Shown: piece by piece, positions 55,923 through 64,000 of the stretch
Layout: the number at the start of each line of letters is the position of its first letter
How positions within the stretch are numbered: position 1 is the first letter of the stretch
Assembly (NCBI GenBank): GCA_039588295.1
Contig: JBDHAB010000007.1
Coordinates: forward strand, 32,001 to 96,000
DNA: 64,000 nt
Source of the DNA: Gemmatimonadota bacterium
GTDB lineage: Bacteria; Gemmatimonadota; Gemmatimonadetes; Gemmatimonadales; GWC2-71-9
Direction of reading: 5' to 3'
Notes under the pieces: model-generated
Databases searched by the model: none
What the model saw: only the letters and a program-made list of their open reading frames with translations
Told to the model about the DNA's origin: nothing
Program-made: the position numbers and the translations under genes

Positions 55923-56020
55923 AGGGATAAGCGACAAGGGATAAGGGAGAGGGGTGGCGTGCAACCTCCCGGTATCGGGTGTTCAGTTCCCCTCATCCTT
56001 CTCCCTTGTTTCTTATCCCT
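55923..56020. repeat. Inverted array of degenerate AGGGATA heptamers forming a long hairpin between convergent genes
   Basis: Left arm AGGGATA AGCGACA AGGGATA AGGGAGA GGGG; right arm reverse complement AGGGATA AGAAACA AGGGAGA AGGATGA GGGG. Confidence 0.7.
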
Positions 56021-56024
56021 TTCG

Positions 56025-57482
56025 TCACAGATACGGCGCCGCAAGCCGGGCCACACCGTCCCGTAACCTGATGGGCAGACTGCGACCGTTTACCTCTTCC
56101 AGCGTGATCTCGCGAGCGCTCTGAAGTTTCTCGTCGACCAGCTCGTGGAGGTGTTGCGTGAGGCTCGTGTCGTAGCACTCGACGCCGAACTCGAAGTTGA
56201 GCCTCAGGCTCCTGGGATCCCAATTGGTGGAGCCAAACAACGCCCAGCCATGGTCCACCAGCATCAGCTTCGAGTGATCGAACGGTGGTAGCGTGGCGTA
56301 CACTCTGCACCCTCGCTTCAAGACCTGCCAGAGCTGTGCGGTAGCCGCCCACTGCACGAACACGAGGTTGCTCTTCTGTGGTAGCACGATTTCTACGCGA
56401 ACCCCCCGCAGGGCTGCTACGTCGAGCGCACTGATGAGCTGTGCGTCGGGAAGGAAATAGGGTGTCACGATCCGGATCGATCGCTGAGCGCAGGCCAGGG
56501 CGCCGTGGAACACGAATCGGGCCCTTTCGAAGTCCTCATCCGGACCGTCGTTGATTCCGCGGGCTGCGACATCACCCACGGGCGGGAGGTGTGGAAACCA
56601 CGAGTCGCCGGTGAGCTGCTCGTTGGTGGTGAATGCCCAATCTTCCGCGAACGTCTGCATGAGCTGGCCCACGACCGGTCCTTCGACACGAAAGTGCAGG
56701 TCTCGGACCGGGTGTCGTGAGGGTGTGGCGAACACTGAGCCCTCGCGGATGTTCATGCCTCCCGTGAACCCGATCGTGCCGTCGACCACGAGGATCTTGC
56801 GGTGATTCCGCAGGTTCATGTACGGCATGCGCCAGGGCAGGATTGTGCGGCCAAACAGCGCGACCCGCACGTGACGACGCTTGAGCTCGTGCACGATTGA
56901 CGGTCGTGAGTACCGCGCGCCGACCGTGTCAATCAACACGCGGACCTGCACGCCGCGGGCGACCGCCCGCTCCAGTGCGTCCTGAAACAGGCGACCCGCA
57001 CGGTCGTTGTCGAAGATGTAGGTGCTGAGCGCCACGCAGTGGGACGCCGCATCGATAGCGGCGACCATGGCGGGATACGCCTCGTCCCCATTGCGAAGGG
57101 GGCGCACCGTGTTACCCGACAGCAGCGGCCGACCGGCGATCCGGTCGACCAGCTCCGCGAGTGGCCGGAGATGCCCGACGGGCTCGGGCAGGGTGGTCGA
57201 GGTCACCGGCAGGGATGGACGCGGATACTCGCCCGACGCCAGGACCGGGCTCTCAGCCCGCTGCTGTACGGCCTGCCGACGGATGCGATTGATGCCGAGC
57301 AGCGCATAGAGGATGGGGCCTACAATAGGGGCGAGCCAGATCAACCCGACCCACCCGACGGCGGCGCGGCTATCGCGCTTATACAGCACGACGTGCGCTG
57401 AGGCGATCACCGACAGCAGGATCGTGAGTGCGGCGGCCACGACCCGCCAGAGGTTAGAGAGGAATTCGATTACCGTTTCCAT
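56025..57482 (-). CDS. cls: Cardiolipin synthase
   Basis: N-terminal TMs (PLDc_N); two HKD motifs RNHRKILVVDG and HSKLMLVD; GSTNWDPRS. Confidence 0.9.
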   Translation of the reverse strand: METVIEFLSNLWRVVAAALTILLSVIASAHVVLYKRDSRAAVGWVGLIWLAPIVGPILYALLGINRIRRQAVQQRAESPVLASGEYPRPSLPVTSTTLPEPVGHLRPLAELVDRIAGRPLLSGNTVRPLRNGDEAYPAMVAAIDAASHCVALSTYIFDNDRAGRLFQDALERAVARGVQVRVLIDTVGARYSRPSIVHELKRRHVRVALFGRTILPWRMPYMNLRNHRKILVVDGTIGFTGGMNIREGSVFATPSRHPVRDLHFRVEGPVVGQLMQTFAEDWAFTTNEQLTGDSWFPHLPPVGDVAARGINDGPDEDFERARFVFHGALACAQRSIRIVTPYFLPDAQLISALDVAALRGVRVEIVLPQKSNLVFVQWAATAQLWQVLKRGCRVYATLPPFDHSKLMLVDHGWALFGSTNWDPRSLRLNFEFGVECYDTSLTQHLHELVDEKLQSAREITLEEVNGRSLPIRLRDGVARLAAPYL

Positions 57483-57520
57483 GGAGTTCGACCCAACACG
57501 CCAGGCACCTCAGGCGCCGT

Positions 57521-58495
57521 TCAATCGGCGAGCGTCGCGAGGTACCGGCCCAACTGCTCGAGCACGATGTTACCCCCGCTGAGAACCGAGACGACTCGAT
57601 CGTTGTCCCCGATGGGAATCCGTCCGGACAGGAGCGCAGCGGTGCCGGCGGCGCCCGCCGGTTCGGTGAGGAGCTTGGCACGTGAGAGGAGCGCACCCAT
57701 GGCGTGAATCATCTCCTCATCCGAGACGGTGACAATGTCTTCGACGTACTTCATGGCGAGGGCGACGTTCAACTCACCAGCCATCGGCGTGGCAAGGCCA
57801 TCGGCGATCGTCTCGGTCGAGTCCAACCGCACCGCGCGGCCCTGCTGCAAGCTCCGCTGCATGGCTGGCGCTCCAACCGGCTCGGCTCCATAGATGCGAA
57901 CGCTGGGCCTTGTTTGTTTCACCACCGCGGCAATGCCGGCCAGCAGCCCGCCACCTCCCACGGGAACGACGATCGCCGTGACACCGTCGAGCTGGTCGAG
58001 AATCTCCAAGCCGACCGTTCCTTGTCCCGTGACGATGCGTTCGTCGTCGAATGGATGAACGAAGGACAGATCTTGCTCGGCTTCCATCGTGTGCCCGAGG
58101 TCGAACGCCGCGGCGAAATCGCCGTGCAGCACGATCTGAGCACCGTACCGACGGGTGGCGGCGACCTTGGATCTGGAGGCATTCTCCGGCATGATGACGG
58201 TCGCCGGGATGTCGAGCACCCTCGCGGACCACGCGACTGCCTGCGCGTGATTGCCTGCGGACACGGTAATGACCCCTCGTCTCCGCTTGACGGTGTCCAA
58301 CTGGCCGAGCAGGTTGAGCGCACCTCGGACCTTGAAGGAGCCGGTCTTTTGCAGATTCTCACACTTGAGGAAGAGACGCGCGCCGATCTCGTGACCCAGG
58401 AGCGTCGTCGTCTCCATCGGAGTGACGGGCACCCGCCCCGCCAGCCGGGTGCGGGCGGCTTCAAAATCCGCGAGTGCGAAACCAGTGGTCTGCAT
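57521..58495 (-). CDS. Threonine/serine dehydratase (catalytic domain only)
   Basis: KCENLQKTGSFKVRG, SAGNHAQ, HPFDD, PVGGGGL, EPAGA, LSGGN. Confidence 0.88.
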   Translation of the reverse strand: MQTTGFALADFEAARTRLAGRVPVTPMETTTLLGHEIGARLFLKCENLQKTGSFKVRGALNLLGQLDTVKRRRGVITVSAGNHAQAVAWSARVLDIPATVIMPENASRSKVAATRRYGAQIVLHGDFAAAFDLGHTMEAEQDLSFVHPFDDERIVTGQGTVGLEILDQLDGVTAIVVPVGGGGLLAGIAAVVKQTRPSVRIYGAEPVGAPAMQRSLQQGRAVRLDSTETIADGLATPMAGELNVALAMKYVEDIVTVSDEEMIHAMGALLSRAKLLTEPAGAAGTAALLSGRIPIGDNDRVVSVLSGGNIVLEQLGRYLATLAD

Positions 58496-58668
58496 GAGCC
58501 GTAGGAAGCTACGTGGGGATGTGAAGTGGGGTAAGTGGGGTGGTGACCGGTACTTCGGGTGCTGTCTGCGGGGCGCGTGCGACGGTTCGAGTCCGCATCT
58601 TGGTGCGTCACTCAACCTTCAACCTTGGCGCAGTATCTAATGGATATGACCGATAGGAGAGTATTCCG

Positions 58669-59490
58669 ATGAAACAGCGTGCAATGACCGGACTCGGGTC
58701 TGTGGCGGCGCTCGTCATCCTGACGGCCGCGGTTGCCACGCCGGCGCTGGGTCAGGAGCGGATGGTCGCGAATGAGGACTGGTGCCGCCGTTCGGGCGAC
58801 AGGGACAGAGGCTGGTTTTGCGAGGTGCGTGAGTTCACGCTGGCGGCGCGGGATCGCATCGCCGTGGACGCCGCGCCAAATGGAGGGATCAGCGTTCAGG
58901 GCTGGGACCGCGGCGAAATCCGCGTGCGCGCACGGGTGAGCGCCCGCGCCGACACCGATGGCGAAGCACAGCAGATGGTGTCCGAGGTGGAGGTGCTGGC
59001 CGAGGGGCGCGAGATTCACTCGAGCGGTCCGAAGAGGGATTCCGACAATGGGTGGTCTGTCAGCTACCGTATCTCCGCACCGCGTCGGTCGAACGTGGCG
59101 CTCGAGACGACCAACGGTGGAATATCCATCTCAGAGCTCTCTGGAAGCATCGAATTCCGCACGACGAATGGTGGAGTGTCGCTCCGGGACTTGGGCGGCG
59201 ACGTCCGTGGCCGAACCACCAACGGTGGGCTCGATATCGAGCTCAGCGGGTCCGCGTGGCAGGGAGAGCAACTCGACGTTCAGACCACCAACGGTGGCGT
59301 GGAGCTCGTGGTGCCCGAAGGCTATTCGGCCCACCTCGAGACCGGCACCGTGAATGGTGGTCTGCAATTCGACTTCCCCATTACGGTGCAAGGGCGCCTG
59401 GATCGAAACGTCTCGGTCGATCTCGGGAGTGGTGGCAGCCTGATTCGTGCCAGGACCACCAACGGTGGTGTCGTGGTGCGGCGGCAATAG
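58669..59490 (+). CDS. DUF4097-family beta-strand repeat exported protein
   Basis: AGGAG SD, signal peptide, repeated TTNGG motifs. Confidence 0.85.
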   Translation: MKQRAMTGLGSVAALVILTAAVATPALGQERMVANEDWCRRSGDRDRGWFCEVREFTLAARDRIAVDAAPNGGISVQGWDRGEIRVRARVSARADTDGEAQQMVSEVEVLAEGREIHSSGPKRDSDNGWSVSYRISAPRRSNVALETTNGGISISELSGSIEFRTTNGGVSLRDLGGDVRGRTTNGGLDIELSGSAWQGEQLDVQTTNGGVELVVPEGYSAHLETGTVNGGLQFDFPITVQGRLDRNVSVDLGSGGSLIRARTTNGGVVVRRQ

Positions 59491-59522
59491 TCGTATTCGG
59501 GTTGGATATCACCGGACAAACG

Positions 59523-59555
59523 AGCGGGCCCTGGATCGTGGATCCAGGGCCCGCT
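59523..59555. terminator. Perfect 15-bp hairpin between convergent genes
   Basis: AGCGGGCCCTGGATC-gtg-GATCCAGGGCCCGCT. Confidence 0.6.
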
Positions 59556-59616
59556 GGCTGATGTGGCGGGTGGGTTCCGCGCGTTGGCCACGGCGCCGGC
59601 CCGTCGACATCGCTGG

Positions 59617-61368
59617 CTAGTCGCGCACGACCACGATTTCCCGTTCCGCGTGCGCGTTCGAGCCAGCTGCCGTGACCACGTCCAGCCGAATCCTGAACCG
59701 GCCGTCTTGGTTCTCGGGAATCTGGAGTGTCACAGAGCTTCCACGAACCTCACCCCTGCGCACGACAGGATCGTCCCACTCGAGGCGGACGGTTGGCGTG
59801 TCTCTACTTGCCAGCCCGAGCCATTCCGCGGCACGGCGTAGAAAACCTCTTCCTTGTTTCACGACGGTGAGCGTAACCGCGCGGGTTCCTTCACCGTCGC
59901 CTCCAAGCGTCTCCCAATAGAGCGCGATCTCCTCCCCCGCACCGAAGGTGTTCGATGGACGTGCTCGACGCACGGCGCCCTCGAGTGTTGATGGCAGAGG
60001 TTCCCCGGGATCGAGCAACAGGATGTCTGACAATGCGAACGTCCGTGGTTCGGGTGGTGTCCTGCGCAGCCACCGGCGATAGCGTGCGGCGATACTGTCC
60101 GACCGATTGAGAGTCTCCACGCTCAGCAACGCGGGAAGGGTCGGAGCGAGAACGGCGAGCCGAGCGGCACCCGAAACGATGGTTTCGCGGACGACCGCCG
60201 GACTCCCGTGTGCATGTGTCGTGAGGATCAGGGCGACCTCGGCCGATGAGGCGTTGTCGCCAACGCCTGAACGCTCGTCGAACTCGGCGTTGACGGGTGG
60301 GCTGAACGCGCACACCACCTTCATCCCGTCGCGGCGGGGAAACAGCGCTACCTGTGGCTCCAGGGCGAAGAAATCTGTTGCATACGCGGGGGCGTATCGC
60401 TCGGTCGCCAGCTCGGGGTCGAGCTCCCACTCGTCCATCCCGATCGCGGAGGGGTCAAGGGACAAACCGTGTTGGGGAATGAACTGCCGACCGCCCTCGC
60501 GGCGGAAGCCGATGATCGAAGGTTGGTGAGCACCCGCGTCGTCCCATGACCGCTTCCATCCGGTTGCCCACCCGAACCGCATCGTCACCTCCGCGTAATC
60601 GTCACCCCATCGCATGCCGTGTGGGTTCTCAGCGTGTTCCAGCATGGTGTTGACGACGCGTCGGGCAAAGTGCTCCGTCCGGCGCTCGTTCCCCGGTGTC
60701 AGGAAGAGGGGATCGGCGAGCCAGAAGATGCGGACGTTGAGCGCGGCACGCTCCTCGCAGCGTGCCGTGTGGTAGTGTCTGGCGGCGGCGCCGTCCAGCA
60801 GCAGTTCGAGGTTCGACCACTCACACTGTTGTTCTTCCGGCATGATCGCCAGGCTCACAGCAAAGAGCGAGTCGGCGAGGCGGAAGTCTCCGGTCACGTG
60901 AGCGACGTATCCGGAGAGTGCCGTGCACCACCACGACTCGGCGCGGCAGTTTCCGAGCGCCGCTTCAGCGTTGGCGAACTGTGCCGCCTCGGTCGTATAG
61001 CGGATTCGCTGGCCGACGACCCAGGGATCCCCGGGAATCAGTGCCGCGGCCGAGTCGAGGCGGGCGATGAGCTCGTGTCGCGCCGTGGTAACGCGGTCGT
61101 GCTCGGGTTCCGGGTCCCAGGGGAACTCATCATCGTCATCCCAATAGCAGAATCGGCCGATCACGAGGTCGCAGCGACCTCGGCCTCCTGCCGGCGTCCT
61201 GGGGAGGAATCGGCGGCGGAGACGTTCAAAGCGGCGCTGAGCGTTCTCGAGATCCCTGCGTACGGACACCGAATCCGGGCTCGCTCCAAGTTGATGCTGG
61301 AGTGCCGCGGGCAGCTGCTGAGGGAGTGCGTGCAGGACGAGTCCAACGAGCAAGCTCGCTCGGGTCAC
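59617..61368 (-). CDS. Exported hypothetical protein with GWxTD-like domain and C-terminal Ig-like sandwich
   Basis: GTG start with signal-like segment; FWLADP...GNERRTEHFARR...WGDD...RFGW. Confidence 0.6.
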   Translation of the reverse strand: MTRASLLVGLVLHALPQQLPAALQHQLGASPDSVSVRRDLENAQRRFERLRRRFLPRTPAGGRGRCDLVIGRFCYWDDDDEFPWDPEPEHDRVTTARHELIARLDSAAALIPGDPWVVGQRIRYTTEAAQFANAEAALGNCRAESWWCTALSGYVAHVTGDFRLADSLFAVSLAIMPEEQQCEWSNLELLLDGAAARHYHTARCEERAALNVRIFWLADPLFLTPGNERRTEHFARRVVNTMLEHAENPHGMRWGDDYAEVTMRFGWATGWKRSWDDAGAHQPSIIGFRREGGRQFIPQHGLSLDPSAIGMDEWELDPELATERYAPAYATDFFALEPQVALFPRRDGMKVVCAFSPPVNAEFDERSGVGDNASSAEVALILTTHAHGSPAVVRETIVSGAARLAVLAPTLPALLSVETLNRSDSIAARYRRWLRRTPPEPRTFALSDILLLDPGEPLPSTLEGAVRRARPSNTFGAGEEIALYWETLGGDGEGTRAVTLTVVKQGRGFLRRAAEWLGLASRDTPTVRLEWDDPVVRRGEVRGSSVTLQIPENQDGRFRIRLDVVTAAGSNAHAEREIVVVRD

Positions 61369-61385
61369 CGTTGCGTCCCTGCGGC

Positions 61386-62459
61386 TCACTCCGGAACCGG
61401 GTTGAAGCCCGCAGGACTGCGAACCTCGGAGACGCCCACTAACCCTTCGACGTGATCCGCGCGATCCTCCGCCACGATGTACTCCTCGCGGTACATCTGG
61501 ATCAACTCGAAGAAGTACGAGAGTGCGAGTGGACCGATCAGGAGGCCGAGAATCCCGAAAAAGCGGATGCCCGCGAGCGCCCCGACCAGGGTGACGATCG
61601 GGTGGATCTTCGCCCACTTGTTGTAGATGAGGGGCCGGATGAAGTTGTCCACGCTGGCCACAATGATGAGGCCCCAGGCTGCGATGGCGATTCCGGCGGC
61701 GTACCGTCCGTCGAGGACGAGGGCGATTGCACCGGGCCCCCAGATCAGGCCACTTCCAACCACCGGAAGGATCGCGAACACGGCGGTCACCACACCCCAG
61801 AAGAACGCGTTCTGCAAGCCGGCGATGGCGAACGCCCCGCCGACCAACGTGCCTTGGATGACCGCGATGAGTCCGGTTCCAACGAGCGTCGAGTTCGTGA
61901 CGTCACGGAAGCGAACGCGCAACTTCTCGGTATTGTCTGGATTGAACGGGACGTACGGGCTCACCACCCCCCATGCCCGACCGCTCCCGACGAGGAGGAA
62001 GTACAGGCCGAACATCGCGATGGTCAGGTTCAGCGCGAGCTTGGTCGCGGTTCCCACGAGGTTGAACGCGCTCGAGCCGATCCACTGCACGGCGTTCTCG
62101 CCGAGAGAGACGAGTCGCGGGCCCACCTCGAAGTCCCCGAGGCGGAGTTCCGCCAGCCGCCCGACCAGTGGGCTCTGGATCAGCCCGCCGGCCAGCTGTT
62201 GGGCCTCGTTCACCACCAGGCCCGCGATCGAGGCGCCGGGCACGACGAGCATGAATGAAGCTGCCGCGACCACCAGCCCGGCTGCCACCGCCGGATTGAG
62301 CCACCGGCGCAACCAGCGGTAGAGCGGCTCGAACACGACATACAAGACCGGCCCCCCGATGAGACCGGTGACGTACGGCCACAGGGTGATGAGGAGACCG
62401 AGGCCAAGCAGGCCGATCAGGACCTGGGCGCGCTGGTATCTCGATGCCAGGAAGGCCAT
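61386..62459 (-). CDS. AI-2E family transporter
   Basis: Polytopic; IQG, LPVVGS, DNFIRP, IHP, GLLIGP. Confidence 0.88.
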   Translation of the reverse strand: MAFLASRYQRAQVLIGLLGLGLLITLWPYVTGLIGGPVLYVVFEPLYRWLRRWLNPAVAAGLVVAAASFMLVVPGASIAGLVVNEAQQLAGGLIQSPLVGRLAELRLGDFEVGPRLVSLGENAVQWIGSSAFNLVGTATKLALNLTIAMFGLYFLLVGSGRAWGVVSPYVPFNPDNTEKLRVRFRDVTNSTLVGTGLIAVIQGTLVGGAFAIAGLQNAFFWGVVTAVFAILPVVGSGLIWGPGAIALVLDGRYAAGIAIAAWGLIIVASVDNFIRPLIYNKWAKIHPIVTLVGALAGIRFFGILGLLIGPLALSYFFELIQMYREEYIVAEDRADHVEGLVGVSEVRSPAGFNPVPE

Positions 62460-62466
62460 GGGAGAC

Positions 62467-62472
62467 AGTCTA
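62467..62472 (-). promoter_or_regulatory. Putative -10 element (TAGACT) 7 nt before ATG; leaderless promoter
   Basis: Minus strand reads TAGACT-gtctccc-ATG(62459). Confidence 0.5.
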
Positions 62473-62583
62473 CTCGGAGCCGATCTCCGCTGCCAGCCCG
62501 CCGACCCAGGGGTGGGTAAAAAGCAGCGTGGGAGATCCGCCGCTGCGGACCTCCCACGCGTGCACCGGAGTCGACGCGGCTAT

Positions 62584-63999
62584 TTAGAAGCCGGGGGTGA
62601 ACGAGAACTGCAGGTGCCCGCCGCGCTCCCGACTGAACGGGTAGACGTAGTCGAGTTCGATGATCATGAATCCGAACACGTTCATGCGCAGTCCTGCACC
62701 CGCACTGTAGACGGGATCTCGATTGCCGCCGAGAAAGAACGGCCTGAGCGCATCCTGTTCGGTCGGGTCCACATTTCCGCCGTCGAACCATGCGAGGCCG
62801 GCGTCGCCGAACAGGACCATCTCGATCGGCAAGAACCCGAAGAGGCCGCTTCCGATCCCCAGGAGCCCCAAGGGTGGGAATCGCACCTCGAGATTGCCGA
62901 CGAGAACCTTGGCACCGAGGAGGTTCGTGTAGTTGGTGCAGTCAGCGTCCGTGCACTCTTGGAGGAAGTCGTAGGAGCCGTAACTGTACCCGCGCACAAA
63001 TCCGTCATAGCCGAGGAACAAGGGCTGGAGACGGTTCTGGTCTTCGGAATCTGGCCCGTAGCGGCCGTAGTGCATGAGCCGTGCAGCGATCGTGATGGGC
63101 CGTACCGGCATGATGTACTTCCGAACGTCTGCGATGGCCTGGTGAAAGTCGATCGTGCCGAGGTTGGTGCCGAATTCGAGCCGATAGCGCTGTCCCAAGA
63201 GTGGACTCGCGACGCCGAACAGCGAGTTGTCATACACCAGGGCGAGACTCGCCTGGCCGAGACTGATGGCGTCGGGGGCGTCCAGATCCACGGTTTCGTC
63301 CAGCAGGATCTGGCCGAATTGATCGATCGCTCGGGTCTTTTGCTCGATGTCGTATGTGATGTTGAGAAAGCCGCCGGACATTTCCACGCGTTGGACCCGG
63401 CTGAGCGGATACGCGATAATCCCGCCGAGTGATCGATTGGTCTGCCGATAGAGCAGCTGTTGCTCGATCAGTGCCGGGGTCCCGTTCACCGTACCCACGC
63501 CCGAGTTCACGAATCCGGTGAGATACGGAATCTGTTGCGCCGCGATGCCCCAGTTCAGCCGATTGCTGAGGTTCGTGTATCCCACGAGAGCGGCCACGTC
63601 CTTGAGACTACCCTGAACCTGGAGCGCCGTCGCCAGGTTGTGATTGCCCAGCATGTCGCTCCAGAATAGCGATGCGCCGCCCGCGACGTAGGTGCCGTAC
63701 CTGTCGGCCCCGACCGCGAGTGATGGCTGACCGATGTAGTCCAAGGCGAATCTGGTCCGATAGGGATCGCGCGCGTAGGTGGACGTGTCACGCGGGAGGC
63801 CATAGAACGCGTTCGCGATGAGGTTCTCGACGTCAGCGGTCAGACGCTCGACCGGCGGGAGCACCGCAGGGTCGAGATCAGCGAACGCCGTTCGCACCGG
63901 CCCCCCGGCACGGGTGTCCTGCCGCTCGATGAGGTAAATGGAATTCTCGTCGTGCCCATAGACGCTCATCGCGATCTCGCCCGTCCTGAGCGCGACCGA
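62584..63999 (-). CDS. BamA/Omp85-family outer-membrane protein, C-terminal part; truncated by the window edge
   Basis: SDMLGNH, FVRGY (Omp85 VRGY motif), NLEVRFP, FGDAG, terminal aromatic F. Confidence 0.8.
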   Translation of the reverse strand, partial: SVALRTGEIAMSVYGHDENSIYLIERQDTRAGGPVRTAFADLDPAVLPPVERLTADVENLIANAFYGLPRDTSTYARDPYRTRFALDYIGQPSLAVGADRYGTYVAGGASLFWSDMLGNHNLATALQVQGSLKDVAALVGYTNLSNRLNWGIAAQQIPYLTGFVNSGVGTVNGTPALIEQQLLYRQTNRSLGGIIAYPLSRVQRVEMSGGFLNITYDIEQKTRAIDQFGQILLDETVDLDAPDAISLGQASLALVYDNSLFGVASPLLGQRYRLEFGTNLGTIDFHQAIADVRKYIMPVRPITIAARLMHYGRYGPDSEDQNRLQPLFLGYDGFVRGYSYGSYDFLQECTDADCTNYTNLLGAKVLVGNLEVRFPPLGLLGIGSGLFGFLPIEMVLFGDAGLAWFDGGNVDPTEQDALRPFFLGGNRDPVYSAGAGLRMNVFGFMIIELDYVYPFSRERGGHLQFSFTPGF

Positions 64000-64000
64000 G

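Noticed and set aside
58513..58545. GTGGGG tandem repeats as a G-quadruplex or regulatory repeat
   Set aside because: Only three G4 tracts and two exact 9-mers; compatible with chance low-complexity sequence

Overview
GC-rich bacterial chromosomal segment with about 55 protein-coding genes. No tRNA, rRNA, CRISPR array, transposase, integrase or phage genes were seen. Gene content (DUF4097, DUF5916, DUF4139, DUF819, BrxA/YpdA, PD40-BamA, leaderless starts) suggests Gemmatimonadota; this is inference only. The centre (18-50 kb) is a large anaerobic amino-acid fermentation block with an archaeal/eukaryote-like flavour. It holds two tandem glutamate dehydrogenases and a receiver-domain dikinase-like protein, then a minus-strand operon (ADP-forming acyl-CoA synthetase, fused 2-oxoacid:ferredoxin oxidoreductase, variant Ala dehydrogenase, CoA-transferase, Thr dehydrogenase). 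A tightly packed plus-strand operon follows: saccharopine/lysine dehydrogenase-like protein, COG2403 arginine synthetase ArcE-like protein, PPi-PFK, variant HD protein, PrpD, fungal-type homoaconitase, homoisocitrate-dehydrogenase-like enzyme, CitD-CitE fusion, CitF and a Zn-ribbon microprotein. After it comes an archaeal-type HMG-CoA synthase/thiolase/DUF35 trio. The best candidate for an undescribed system is the HD-PrpD-LysF-HICDH-CitDE-CitF module. It looks like the homocitrate branch of the alpha-aminoadipate pathway, with the synthase replaced by a citrate-lyase-type complex: a putative homocitrate lyase / reverse AAA route. Other notable signals are CarH/LitR-like 11-bp repeats over a consensus promoter of a fasciclin gene, a 15-codon bridging ORF and a heptamer-repeat hairpin. 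All calls come from motif recognition by eye; no database searches were run.
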